Source: Folioceros fuciformis
Taxonomy: Eukaryota
Assembly (NCBI GenBank): GCA_049999805.1
Contig: JBNGIO010005642.1
Location: 108,447 to 144,110, forward strand
Reading direction: 5' to 3'
DNA: 35,664 nt
Part shown: positions 11,601 through 21,993 of the stretch, one piece after another
Layout of the letters: each line of letters begins with the position of its first letter
Numbering within the stretch: the stretch's first letter is position 1
Program-made: the position numbers and the translations under genes
The notes under the pieces: model-generated
Database searches by the model: none
Seen by the model: only the letters and a program-made list of their open reading frames with translations
Told to the model about the DNA's origin: nothing

Positions 11601-13426
11601 TACTTTCCGCCAGAACACCCTCACTAACGCTCGTAGAAATGTTTCTCAACACTATGATTTGGTCTGCCACACTTCCAGATCCTGTGCTCTCCTTCTTCCC
11701 TGTCGTCCACTCTCCGTTTGATGTTCTACGGTCTTCGTATCACGACTCCGGCTGATGTGGAAACTGATGGTGCACGTGCAGAGCAATGATATGTTCGCTC
11801 TCTTTTTAGACGAGACGATGACGTACTCATGTGCAATATTCAAGGTACCTTCAGCCTTCCCCCAGGTGTGCATTAGGCGTCCTGGATCTCCGCGTGAAGA
11901 GAAACTGAGAACAAGTATTTTTCTGCTTTTAATAATGTCACAGGGCCCCGAGGAATCTTTGGTGGATGCACAGAGGCGGAAACTGAATCACCTGGTCAAC
12001 AAGGTTGCTTCTGGTTGCAATTTGCCTGGCATCTTATGAGTGTTACCACCATGAGTTCCACTCACTTTCTACAACTTTCCTTGTCCGCTTGGCAGGCCAG
12101 GATAAAAAACACACATGAGGTGTTAGAAATCGGGTTCGGTTGGGGCAGTTTGGCGTTAGCTATTGTTCAGCAGACCGGGTGCAAGTACACAGGCATCACC
12201 CTCTCCGAAGAACAGTTGCAATACGCCCGAAGCCTTGTAAAGCAAGCCCAGCTGGAGGTATTTTTTTTTCGAACCACGGAACCTGCTCAATATGTTCGAT
12301 GTGCTGAAAACCTAACCTCTGATGCACCTGACAGCTCGTGCGACAATCTGATAGTGCTAAACCTCACTGTTGACAGGATAAAATCACCCTGAAGCTCTGT
12401 GACTACCGTTCTTTGCGTGGATATCACAAGTATGATCGGATTGTAGCATGGTGAGTGCAATTCGCTAGAAGTTTCTGTGTTTCAAATTCTTGTTTCAATG
12501 CAAGGAAGCGCGATGTTAACCTGTCCAGTGCCATGTCTTTTCCCAGCGAGATGTTAGAAGCAGTTGGTCACGAATACTACAAGGAGTTCTTCAGTCGGTG
12601 CGATCACCTTCTGGCCAAAGACGGGCTCCTAGTTGTACAGGTTGTTCCCTCTTCCAACTGCTGTTGCAAACGACACTTTCCGGTGTCTTCATACTAGCGT
12701 CCCTGCCATTCCGACAGGTTATCTCTATACCAGAAGAGAGGTACGAAACCTACCGTAGAAGCTCAGACTTCATCAAAGAGTACATCTTCCCTGGTGGATG
12801 CACTCCCTCGCTGAGCACTCTCACAGCAGCCATGGCGAGCGGATCAACTTTCTGGTACGACCTCACCCCTTTTCTCCATTCCTCTGTAGACTGGTAGATC
12901 TAATTCTCTTTCTTACTCCTCCAAAAAGCGGGGTCTATGCGGAGAACCAGGCACTCACTGTTGGTTGCTCTCACAGCGTGGAGCACATGGAGAACATTGG
13001 AGTACATTATAAGCAAACTTTGCACCGCTGGCGTGACAAGTTCTTGGCTAACGGCAGGTATGTAAAAGGCCCACAGTGGCAACACCACTTGCTATGCACT
13101 GACTTTCATGGCGACTTTGTGCTGAACCAGCTGGCTCATGCCATGTGGTGTGACAGTGAAATCCGGAAACTTGGTTTCAGCGAGAAATTCATCCGAATGT
13201 GGCAATACTATTTTGACTACTGTGCTGCAGGCTTCGAGACTTGCACTCTGGCCGATCTCCAGGTATTTCACATTTCCATTTTGCTGGTTATCGGGCTTGA
13301 TGAATTCCTGCTGCTCAATGTTGCTGTAAGTCAGTGTCTGTGATCTGTGATGAACAGATTGTCTTCTCTCGACCTGGAAATGTAGCGGTTCTAGGAGACC
13401 CCTCCGTCTCCTTCCCCAATGCATGA
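8664..13426 (+). CDS. Cyclopropane-fatty-acyl-phospholipid synthase, plant long form (N-terminal FAD-dependent amine-oxidase-like domain + SAM methyltransferase), 24 exons, ~864 aa
   Basis: Motifs MRVAVVGAGVAGLAAA, DVGFMVFNRVTYPNM, GAYQGYGFHEDG, HYDLSN, MTYSCA, VLEIGFGWG, EMLEAVGHE, FIKEYIFPGG, YFDYCAAGF. GT-AG exons: 8664-8837, 8924-9138, 9245-9353, 9460-9561, 9651-9710, 9823-9901, 9981-10128, 10213-10336, 10429-10609, 10696-10724, 10794-10942, 11018-11120, 11239-11334, 11413-11468, 11538-11661, 11782-11844, 11944-12003, 12096-12257, 12377-12450, 12547-12640, 12718-12854, 12977-13057, 13157-13262, 13358-13426. They sum to 2595 nt, in frame. Confidence 0.95.
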
Positions 13427-14075
13427 CTATCGGCGATAGTCCACATTGTGCATAACTTCAATCCATTCGCCTTTATCTTTTACTTCCTGCATTAGATGCC
13501 TTAATTTGGTATGGTTATCCATACAAGACATTGTACGATCTGCAGGTGATGAATTTTTTTCTATTTTTATAATAAATAATTGTCTACACGACAGCTATGG
13601 AGTCAATCTCCCATATACCTGCTCACTCTCTTAAGTATCTATTAATAATGTTGGTGAAAATAAAAAATCTCATTTTTAATATTATTGAATGCAAACAATG
13701 TTTGCATCTTAAGATACTGTTGTTAAGATACTGTTGCTTAGCCTCTTCGTGTGCAAGCCTTACTCACCATGTGTATGTTTCTCACAAAGTTGGACGGTAA
13801 GTATGCCTTCATTAACCCGTTTGGCAAATAAAGAAGGATTGTCACTAGCATTTATTTATCTGTAAAAACATATGCAAAATTATTTGGTAGGAATATATGC
13901 AAAATCATTGTCAAAAATTTCAATAGCCCTCTTTCCATGAGAACCATCTTCAACTTCTATAGTATGAAGTTCTTGTAAAATGTCTCTGCTCAACTTATCT
14001 CCACACTATTTGACATCACCTCTACTTCTCCTCAATTACTATTCAAGATTAATTCTCCACTCTCATGCACTTGCA

Positions 14076-14137
14076 AAGACACTCTCACAAGCATAAGGCT
14101 TAAGAAAAGACACTCTCACAAGCATAAGGCTTAAGAA
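14076..14137. repeat. Perfect 31-bp tandem duplication
   Basis: aagacactctcacaagcataaggcttaagaa x2. Confidence 0.95.
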
Positions 14138-14221
14138 CATGGCAATTGCACACAAGGTGCTATAATCACAACGCTGAGAATTACAATCATTGGCTACTCT
14201 TAATTGTTGAAAGTTTCTAGT

Positions 14222-14311
14222 TTATGACACTCTTCAACTCAATACGAAGGTTGGTCTTTTTAGACATTATGACATTCTTCAACTCGATAAGAGGGTTGGT
14301 CTTTTTAGACA
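14222..14311. repeat. 45-bp tandem duplication
   Basis: ttatgaca(c/t)tcttcaactc..ggttggtctttttagaca x2. Confidence 0.9.
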
Positions 14312-14629
14312 CCCCGATAATTCACTTTAGGACATCCCTCATGACTCTAAAGCAGCTCCTAATCAAAACTTTTAAAAGATAGTTTCAGCAAAACCCGCCT
14401 ACTCCGAGCAAGTGTCAAGAGCCAAAGGTCTAGTCCAAAAATTTTACCGTCTAGCCTACCTTTCGTCTACCCGGGTGTTGATGGATCTCGCGCTGGCCCT
14501 GGTCATTTTTGTGGACAAGTCAACAGCCCCTTGATGCAGCTTGAGCTTGAACTGGACCTCGTCAAGTTAGATGGGCAACTGGAAAAGGAAAATTGACTAC
14601 CAACCCTGGCTATCACTGGCATTGCTAGC

Positions 14630-15400
14630 ATTCATTGAAACACACAGGTGGCAGATCCCAGGGGTTACATCCTCGAGTGTCGCCACATCCTTTACCTTCG
14701 TGGCCGAGTTATCAAACAGCTGCCGTACTATCTTCAAGCTCGCCACGCTTTGCAGACATATCCACCGGGCAGTTCACAACAAAATCCCGTGGACTATGTG
14801 ACCACCACCATCTTGCCCACTGTCAATGTGTATGTATGTAGTCGCCTGTCACGACTTCATTTTCCACCTCCAGGAGCAGAGCATCGTGGAAGGCGTCATC
14901 CAGCGTATGGCCTCCTCCTCTAGCCTATCTGCCGTGCATCATGAGGAAGAGTTGCTTCCCAAAACCGTATCCGACGCGTACCCAAGTTCGACTTGACCTC
15001 GTTCTTCGCTCTACACGGATCCTTAGCTGTACTCTGTTTTAGCGGTGTGCAAAGAAGAGCTTGACAAATGGCAGTGTTTCTCTGCACGAGGGCTTCCAAT
15101 TTTTAGGGCTCAAACGGCCACTACTCGCTCACTCTTCCAGCCGAAACCCTAAACGATTCAGATCCTTCAACCCTACATATACCAGGTTCAGGCTTATCAC
15201 GAGAGCTGGACTCGGAAGGAGAGGCACAATGGGCATCTGCATATCCAAGGAAACGAGTTGATCAATCAACCCAAGCTAGTCCAAACATTTTCCTCAGGCA
15301 CAGCACTTAACTACCCTAGACCACCCCGGGAGTGAGGCGAACAGGAGCTAGAATTCCAGACTTTTGCCCCACATCACGGTATTGTCCTGCAATAGTTGTA
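14630..15400 (-). pseudogene. Decayed copy of the N-terminal half (PDF motif + first PPR motifs) of the adjacent PPR gene
   Basis: Collinear matches: atatccaaggaaacgag 15241 vs 17552; ggaaggagagg 15214 vs 17524; atccgacgc(g/a)tacccaagtt 14969 vs 17260; tttgca(g/t)acat(a/g)tccacc(g/a)ggcagtt 14749 vs 16919. No long ORF. Confidence 0.85.
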
Positions 15401-15549
15401 TGTCTGCCTTACATCTTCGAGCACTCGTCCCTGTATGATCACACCACCCGTAGGACAGTCTCGACGGGTTTTCCTTGAAAAGAAAATATCGTTTCTAAGT
15501 TTTGGTGTCCAGAAGGAGGAGAGAATCGTGCCATTGTGAGGACTGGGAT

Positions 15550-18060
15550 TCACGATCGGCCACTACAACTGCAAAAACCAGCCGCGAATCGATGCACACG
15601 GTACCCATCCCTGACAATTATGTCTCTCTGCTCAAGCCTTGACATGATCTCCGTGGAACTGTGGCAGTCGCTGCACATGCGCAGATTCTTCGTTATCACC
15701 AGAGGTGTCCCACTAGGAGTGTTCAAGAGACCAAACGCCAAAGCTAGCTTCTCGGCATGGCCACAAAGCACATCTTCCTTTTCCTTTTCACACACTGGCT
15801 TCAACACCAATTTTGTGTGAGGCACGTGGCCCCCTTCCTGCTTCAAACGTGCATTCGTGCTGTCTACTTTGAGGGCAATGTCCTCCCTTGTTTCTCCTAC
15901 CGCAAAGCTATGTACCACACATTGCACCTCAACAGTCGCCACTGCAGGTTTCTTATTAGCTCCTGCTACTCTCCTCTGTGTCTCAATCCTGTCTACATCG
16001 CTCCACCTGCCTGCATCTGCAAAGACATTGGCCATAAGCACATACGCGGGTGCATGCTGGGAGTCCAGCCTTACAATGCTCTCAAAACACCACACCGCCC
16101 TCTCTATATCCCCATGACATTTGCTAGCGTTCAGCAAAGACATCAACCCCACAACGTCACTTTCGCCATCACATGATAATAGCATCTCCTCTGCCTCATC
16201 TAGATGGCCCGCACGCCCAAGGAGGTCAATCATACAATTGTGATGCTCAACAGTAGGATTGATGCCATGTTGTTCAGCCATGGAATGAAAGTACTTGCGA
16301 CCCTCATGGACCAGGCCCTCATGACTGCATGCTACCAAAAGGCAAGTAAAAGTTGTATCATTAGGCTGAATACCGGCAGCTAGCATCTCCTCAAAACAAG
16401 CTAGTGCCTTGTGACCTTCATCACAAGTACCGTATCCAGAAATCAGGGCGGTCCATGTCACCACGTCCTTTGTAGCCATGCAGTCAAACACCTGGCGAGC
16501 ATCTTCCAGTTCACCACATTTCGCATACATGTCCACCAGGCAGTTGCCCACCAGAACGTTCTCTAGGAGCCCTCTTCCTACAATATGTGAGTGCAGTTGC
16601 CTACCTCTCTGTAACGCACCAGTGCCTGCACAGGCCTTCAGAAGGCAAGCAAAAGTGATATGATTAGGCGAACTCAGGCCCTCCTGCTCCATTTGTTCAT
16701 ACACAACTAACGCCTCTTGGCCGAGCCCATGTTTTGCATACCCTGCAATCAGCGCCGTCCATGTCACAACATTTTTTGTGCGCATGCTGTCAAAAATCTG
16801 ACGAGCATGTTCCAGTTCTCCATATTTTGCATATCCAGATATCAGGGCATTCCATGTCCCCACATCCTTTGTGGCCATGCTATCAAAAACCTGGAGTGCC
16901 TCTTTCAGTTCACCACATTTTGCATACATGTCCACCAGGCAGTTTCCAACAAACACGTCAGGAGGAATGCCACTGTGTAATGCATCACAGTGCACTTTCC
17001 TACCAGATTCCAAGTCGGCCGAAAACGCACAAGCTTGAAGGGCAGCGACAAAGACGTGAGCATCCGCCTTCACTCCTGAGCTACGCATCTCATGGTACAG
17101 TTGCACGGCCTCCTTAGGTTTCCCATGCTTAGCATATGCAGAGATTATGGAAAACCACATGAAAACATCTGGTTTGCGCACCCTGGTGAACACATCCATG
17201 GCCTCCTGTAGACAACCTCGGCATGCGTACATGCGCAAAATATGGTTTCCCAAGTATGCATCCGACGCATACCCAAGTTTGCTTACGAGGTCATGAACTC
17301 GTCGCCCCACAACCAGATCCTTCTTAGCTATACACAGTTTTAGCACAGCGTAAAACAAAGATTGAGAAATAGAAGAGCCCGTCAACGTCAGAGATTCCAG
17401 GGCTCCAAAGGCCTCATACAGCTTCCCCTGCTGACATAACGTGCTCACAGTTGCAGCCGTAACGATGCCCATTTGGGATCCTGCACAGCTGTTAGACTCA
17501 GCCTTCTCCAGAGAGGTGCAGCCGGAAGGAGAGGCCCCATGACCCATCGCTATATCCAAGGAAACGAGCTGCTCATCAACCCAAGCTGGCTTGAACATGT
17601 TCTTTAACCACAGCACCTCGCCGGACCCCTTGCGCCGGAAGTGAGGGGGACGAAGCCCCCTCTTATGTCGTCTGTTGTCCCACCACATGGTAGGATCCAG
17701 AAAAAATTGCTGCCACAAGTGCTCCTGGCGACGACCATCGCTGGATAGCCCATCCTCACCCACATATTTCCTGGGTGATGGAAGTGCAGGGCTCCTTACA
17801 TTGCTGCTCCTGAAGGCTTGGCTGGTTGCCGGGGATTGATTCCCTGAGGGCAAGTAAGTGGCAACTCCTTGCAGATCCCTCGGCGTACACCAATTTGTTG
17901 GGTCCAAAACAGTCCCCGCCGCCGCATCGCCCCTTAGCCTGGAGCGAGCTGAATTGGGACGGCGTAGGCCAACTGTGACTGCGAACGACCTGCGGGATGA
18001 GAACACAAGTGGATGTCTCACACAATTAAGCAGAAGACATAGCTTCCTTTGCTTATTCAT
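15550..18060 (-). CDS. Intronless PLS-class pentatricopeptide repeat protein with E1-E2 and DYW:KP deaminase-like domain; N-terminal organellar-targeting-like peptide and OSB-type PDF motif (~836 aa from ATG 18060)
   Basis: ~13 PPR motifs (P-L-S-P-L-S-SS-P-L-S-P2-L2-S2), E1/E2, KKPAVATVEV box, HAEKLA...CSDCH zinc site, terminal CSCSGRS. The frame is also open upstream to 18210. Confidence 0.93.
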   Translation of the reverse strand: MNKQRKLCLLLNCVRHPLVFSSRRSFAVTVGLRRPNSARSRLRGDAAAGTVLDPTNWCTPRDLQGVATYLPSGNQSPATSQAFRSSNVRSPALPSPRKYVGEDGLSSDGRRQEHLWQQFFLDPTMWWDNRRHKRGLRPPHFRRKGSGEVLWLKNMFKPAWVDEQLVSLDIAMGHGASPSGCTSLEKAESNSCAGSQMGIVTAATVSTLCQQGKLYEAFGALESLTLTGSSISQSLFYAVLKLCIAKKDLVVGRRVHDLVSKLGYASDAYLGNHILRMYACRGCLQEAMDVFTRVRKPDVFMWFSIISAYAKHGKPKEAVQLYHEMRSSGVKADAHVFVAALQACAFSADLESGRKVHCDALHSGIPPDVFVGNCLVDMYAKCGELKEALQVFDSMATKDVGTWNALISGYAKYGELEHARQIFDSMRTKNVVTWTALIAGYAKHGLGQEALVVYEQMEQEGLSSPNHITFACLLKACAGTGALQRGRQLHSHIVGRGLLENVLVGNCLVDMYAKCGELEDARQVFDCMATKDVVTWTALISGYGTCDEGHKALACFEEMLAAGIQPNDTTFTCLLVACSHEGLVHEGRKYFHSMAEQHGINPTVEHHNCMIDLLGRAGHLDEAEEMLLSCDGESDVVGLMSLLNASKCHGDIERAVWCFESIVRLDSQHAPAYVLMANVFADAGRWSDVDRIETQRRVAGANKKPAVATVEVQCVVHSFAVGETREDIALKVDSTNARLKQEGGHVPHTKLVLKPVCEKEKEDVLCGHAEKLALAFGLLNTPSGTPLVITKNLRMCSDCHSSTEIMSRLEQRDIIVRDGYRVHRFAAGFCSCSGRS

Positions 18061-18064
18061 GCCA

Positions 18065-18280
18065 ATGGTCGCCACTGTAGGTTTCTTGTTAGCTCCTGCT
18101 GCTCTTCTCCATGCTTCAGCCCAGTGTATCGGTTCACCTGCCTGCATTTGCGGGGAAAATAACCCTGAGCACATACATGTGTATGCAGGCGTAACCAGGG
18201 GTCCACCCAAACAGTGTTATTCCCGTTTGTATCGTGGTGACTACCTTTGCAAGCATTCAGCAGGCGAAGTCATCAGCATG
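18065..18280 (-). pseudogene. Decayed copy of the E1-E2-KP box segment of the PPR gene, immediately upstream of its ATG
   Basis: gtcgccactg(t/c)aggtttctt(g/a)ttagctcctgct 18068 vs 15935; cacctgcctgcat and agcacatac shared; tttgc(a/t)agc(a/g)ttcagca 18246 vs 16120. Translates RRAAGANKKPTVATI vs RRVAGANKKPAVATV. Confidence 0.88.
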
Positions 18281-19799
18281 AATGGATGGAAACGACTCGA
18301 AGCCTGATGTGGGAATGGATTACACGGATATAACAAACAACACATCTGTTGGTTACACCCCATGTTCCGAATCTTGCATCGTCGGAAACGACTTAAATTG
18401 CAAGGTTTGGCTGCCTCGAAACATGATGTGGGACTGGAAATTCCAGTGTCACTTTGGTCGAGTCCCGAGCTCGGTCCTGCAAGTTTAAAACAAAATTGGG
18501 AACCGAAGGCTAGTGAAAAGTCCAGTCCCGAGCTTCGATCCCCATTTTCTTCGGCGACCGACGGTTCCAAAAAAGGCCCGTCCTCCTGTCACATGGAATG
18601 GCATTGTCAAAGCTGGGGAAGAGCAGCCTCCACAGCAGAATATACCAGACTTTTTTTATTTTTAAATAATTTACTTAGTATTTGTTACGTATAAGGACCA
18701 AGAGTGGAAAAAGGCGACGTCCCTTACGCCTGGGTTGGTGCCAACCCAAGTGTCGCTGTCATTAGCCTTGTACATACAAGCTGCAGCTTCTTCTCTTGGG
18801 AATTTTCTGCATTTCTTGTTATCATAGTTAAAATCTCACTGATTGTCAACTAGCTATTGGTCAATAAGACGGATCACATAGCGGACGAAGTACTCATGCT
18901 GCTATATGGATTAGCCTAGGGATCCCTCATGGATTGGGGCAAGGTAGTAGCCCATAGCATCTAGTCTCTGAGGTTAGAAGACTAAGATAGAGGGTTAGAA
19001 GGCTAAGACAGGAAATGCCACCCACTTCAGGCTTGCCTCCTTTCCTCTTCCATATTTGGGGTCACTGCAAGGCCCTCACAGACTTAGAAAGACAATCCCT
19101 AGTCTGACTCATGCTAACCTCTCGTCTAACTGCTCTAGTTCCCGCACCCAGGAAGAAGGCCCTGGCACCCGCAACTCATCCAGTCACCCTACCCTCAACA
19201 CCCGTGTCGCTGCCAGTCTTCGATAGTACACTGGAAGATATGACTGGTAGATACCCATACGGAGCCTCTCCAATGACTCTAGCATCAGTGCCTAGTTCCC
19301 CTGCCAATCCTCCTTCAGCCAAGAAGCGGCAAGTCACTACTCTAGCGAAGGAGAAGCCAGCTTCTAAACGACAGAGTGCTCGGGCTCTAGTCCAGTCCCC
19401 GAAGTGGATTATGCTCCTGAGTGCCCTCCCACCCACCAGCCCATAGCCCGAAGATTTATAAGTACCCGAACGTAGACCATAGGTTGCTCCCATATCAAGG
19501 GAGCAAGCAGATCCTACTGGCAACATAGTTGGACTACAATGAGAAGCACCAAATTGGTCTGTTTGGGTAAAACGGCCTCCATCTCTGCACGGCAGGTAAA
19601 AAGGGAGGGGGGCCTCACTCCCCTAGCCCACCTCCGGCCAAAATAGTGCGACCTCCCGCACTACGACCTACTGAAGAGGAACAAGAGCAGCGGAGAGCCC
19701 TACCCTAGTCCATTGTTTTGGAATATTTGATTGAAGGGGGCATCACCGATCCGGAGGCTATGAGATAGGCCATATGGACGTCATTCAGGAGGCCGCATT

Positions 19800-19980
19800 C
19801 ACTACTACAAAACGGGTGCTTTTGTGACACTCGAGATATGACAAGCACAGCCCTCGAGGTTTCATGTCATACATTGAACACGCCGTCTAATAAGTATGAC
19901 ATTAGGCGGACGGGTTTGCCTCCTGCTCTGGACCGTTCCATTGGTATGTCATTTGCGTGTCACAATGAACTTTGGACACA
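19800..19980 (+). mobile_element. CACTA (En/Spm) transposon terminus with subterminal repeats
   Basis: CACTACTACAAAA at 19800, followed by several direct/inverted TGACA/TGTCA-core motifs (tgtgacac, tatgaca, tgtcata, tatgacatt, tgtcaca). Matching other end not found. Confidence 0.75.
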
Positions 19981-20569
19981 ACTCGGGAGAGTTGGACATG
20001 TCCAACTCAATGCTGGTGTTTTTATTGCGCTATGTATATGTCCCGCACGCCCTATCCTGTACAAGATAGAGAGCGCAGGACGCAACTAGGGAGAGTCAGA
20101 TGGAATAGGGAGCTTTTAGACACCCATCCTTGAGAGAGTACACTAGCCATCAATTGGGGAGAGAGTGCAGTGGCATTCCCCTCAGAAGAGAGTGCAGTCA
20201 AACGGGCTTGGGTAGAGAAAGCAATGCTGATGGTCACAAAGTGCCCGGCTTTGCATGCCGTTGATATCTAGCCGTCCAAAAGGACATGGCTGTGGAGTGA
20301 CCGCTTGGACCAAAGGATCACCAAGAGGTTCATATTAACCCTTTACTCGTTATAGTCCTAAGATTCATTCCTAAGGGAGTAATCTCGTGTAAAGGTAGTC
20401 AACCTAAGCTATCTTAACGTGCTAATCTGATTCTACCTATTAGCCCCTAGTAGCTACAATAATTATGTCTAACTCCATAACTTTATTCCTAATGCATGCA
20501 TAGGCTATCTCAGCAACTGAAAAAAAGTAACTCTAGTCTCATAGCTCCAACTCTTCAACTTCAACTCAG

Positions 20570-20745
20570 CATCCAGAAATTTGCAACACAACCCTCCAGC
20601 TCTTGGAATTGGCACCACAACTGTCCAGCTCTCCAGCTCCTGAGGTTGGCAACGCACCTCTCCAGCTCCTAAAATTGGCAACACAACAGCCTTCCCCACC
20701 AGCAGACTTAAGGCAGAGAGGTGTGAAGATTAAGGCAGAGAGGTG
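20570..20745. repeat. Short degenerate tandem repeats
   Basis: Recurrent ctccagctc...ttggca(a/c)c units, and ttaaggcagagaggtg x2. Confidence 0.65.
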
Positions 20746-21993
20746 AAGTCTTCACACCGGATAGCCCCCTTGACTCAAGGCCCTCAAAACCTTCACCTTG
20801 GAAACCTCACTCTAAGACATGAAGGCACCTTTTAGCCAACAAACAAGAAGGATCAGCAACTACACATCTGGCTACACAGATCTTGGCAGCCTAGGGATTC
20901 ACCACAGTTACAAGGAGATAAGCCCAAGGTGTACTCTCACACCAAATCAGCGTCCTAATCCAGTAGCCGACACACAAGGGACAAGAGAAATTGCACCAAA
21001 GACTGTCCCCCCTAAATGGCAAGGCTAGCCCCCTATACTATCTTGGCCAAGAACCCCCTATCACTACCCACCAAGGTCAGCATCAATTCACACGCTCAAA
21101 AATCTTTTACACACCCACCAAGAACCTAACCCTAATGCCGGCCTATGAGAAACTGCCAGCTGGCCTTTTGGAACTCATTACTAGTTCCCCCCTTCACCAA
21201 TCTGCAGCCGCTTCCCTTGCAATTACTCCACCTTCTCCCTCAAATCATCCTACACCTTCTTCAAGGCCTCCAGCCCCCATCCTATTGGCTACACTGGCCA
21301 AGAACATCCGCCCTGCAGTTGTAAAGATGATTGAGCTGCTGGACGCAACCCATCAACTTCATGTCCTTGCTTTCTAACTTGTGCGTGAAGCTACTTCCCC
21401 ATTTCCAATGTTGCGGATAGATTTCCAGATCCTTGCTACGTCAGCTTCCAGTACTTGGTTGTGGCAGCTGGTTCATGGCCGTAGAACCACACTACCAGGT
21501 CAGAGTCTAATGAAACATCCTCCTCAGCAGTCCCCCGCCCTACCTGAAACGAGTTGATGACGCAAGCCCTACAACACTCAGGACACCCTGGGACCAATCC
21601 TCTCTAGCACTGCCGCAGACGTCCTCACACAATATGTGCAGGAGCCCTTAATTCTTTGATAGCTATCACCGACCTTTCTCATGTTCAGATTTGGACATCT
21701 TCGCAGGTTCCCGTCTACCTCCAAAACCTCTCCACAAGCTCTTCCTTCAAGCGTCCCTTCCGCCTTTCAAGATCCGCAGTGGGCAGACCTCGGATCCCCG
21801 CTGTCTCCACCACAAGAGGTAGCAGCTGCAGGGCCATGGCCACGGACTCACCCTCCCCACATGGGGTAGCATCTCTTCGATGTACCCAGCCTGCCCCGTA
21901 CCGCGTTCACAGGCCAAAGCCTCCACCAAGCTAAGAACGAGGCAAGACAAAATCTTCCCCCGCTCCCGCCATGCCTGCATTGATATTAACCGC

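Noticed and set aside
8427-13424. Numerous antisense and alternate-frame ORFs over the cyclopropane synthase gene
   Set aside because: Shadows of GC-rich exons plus short introns; no independent motifs.
15757-18307. + strand ORFs overlapping the PPR gene
   Set aside because: Antisense shadows of a long CDS.
19111-19790. Pro/Ser/Lys-rich ORF fragments
   Set aside because: Low-complexity and interrupted; probably decayed TE coding sequence, but not assignable.
20800-21950. C-rich ORF fragments resembling a LINE 3' region
   Set aside because: No diagnostic motif survives; cannot be supported.
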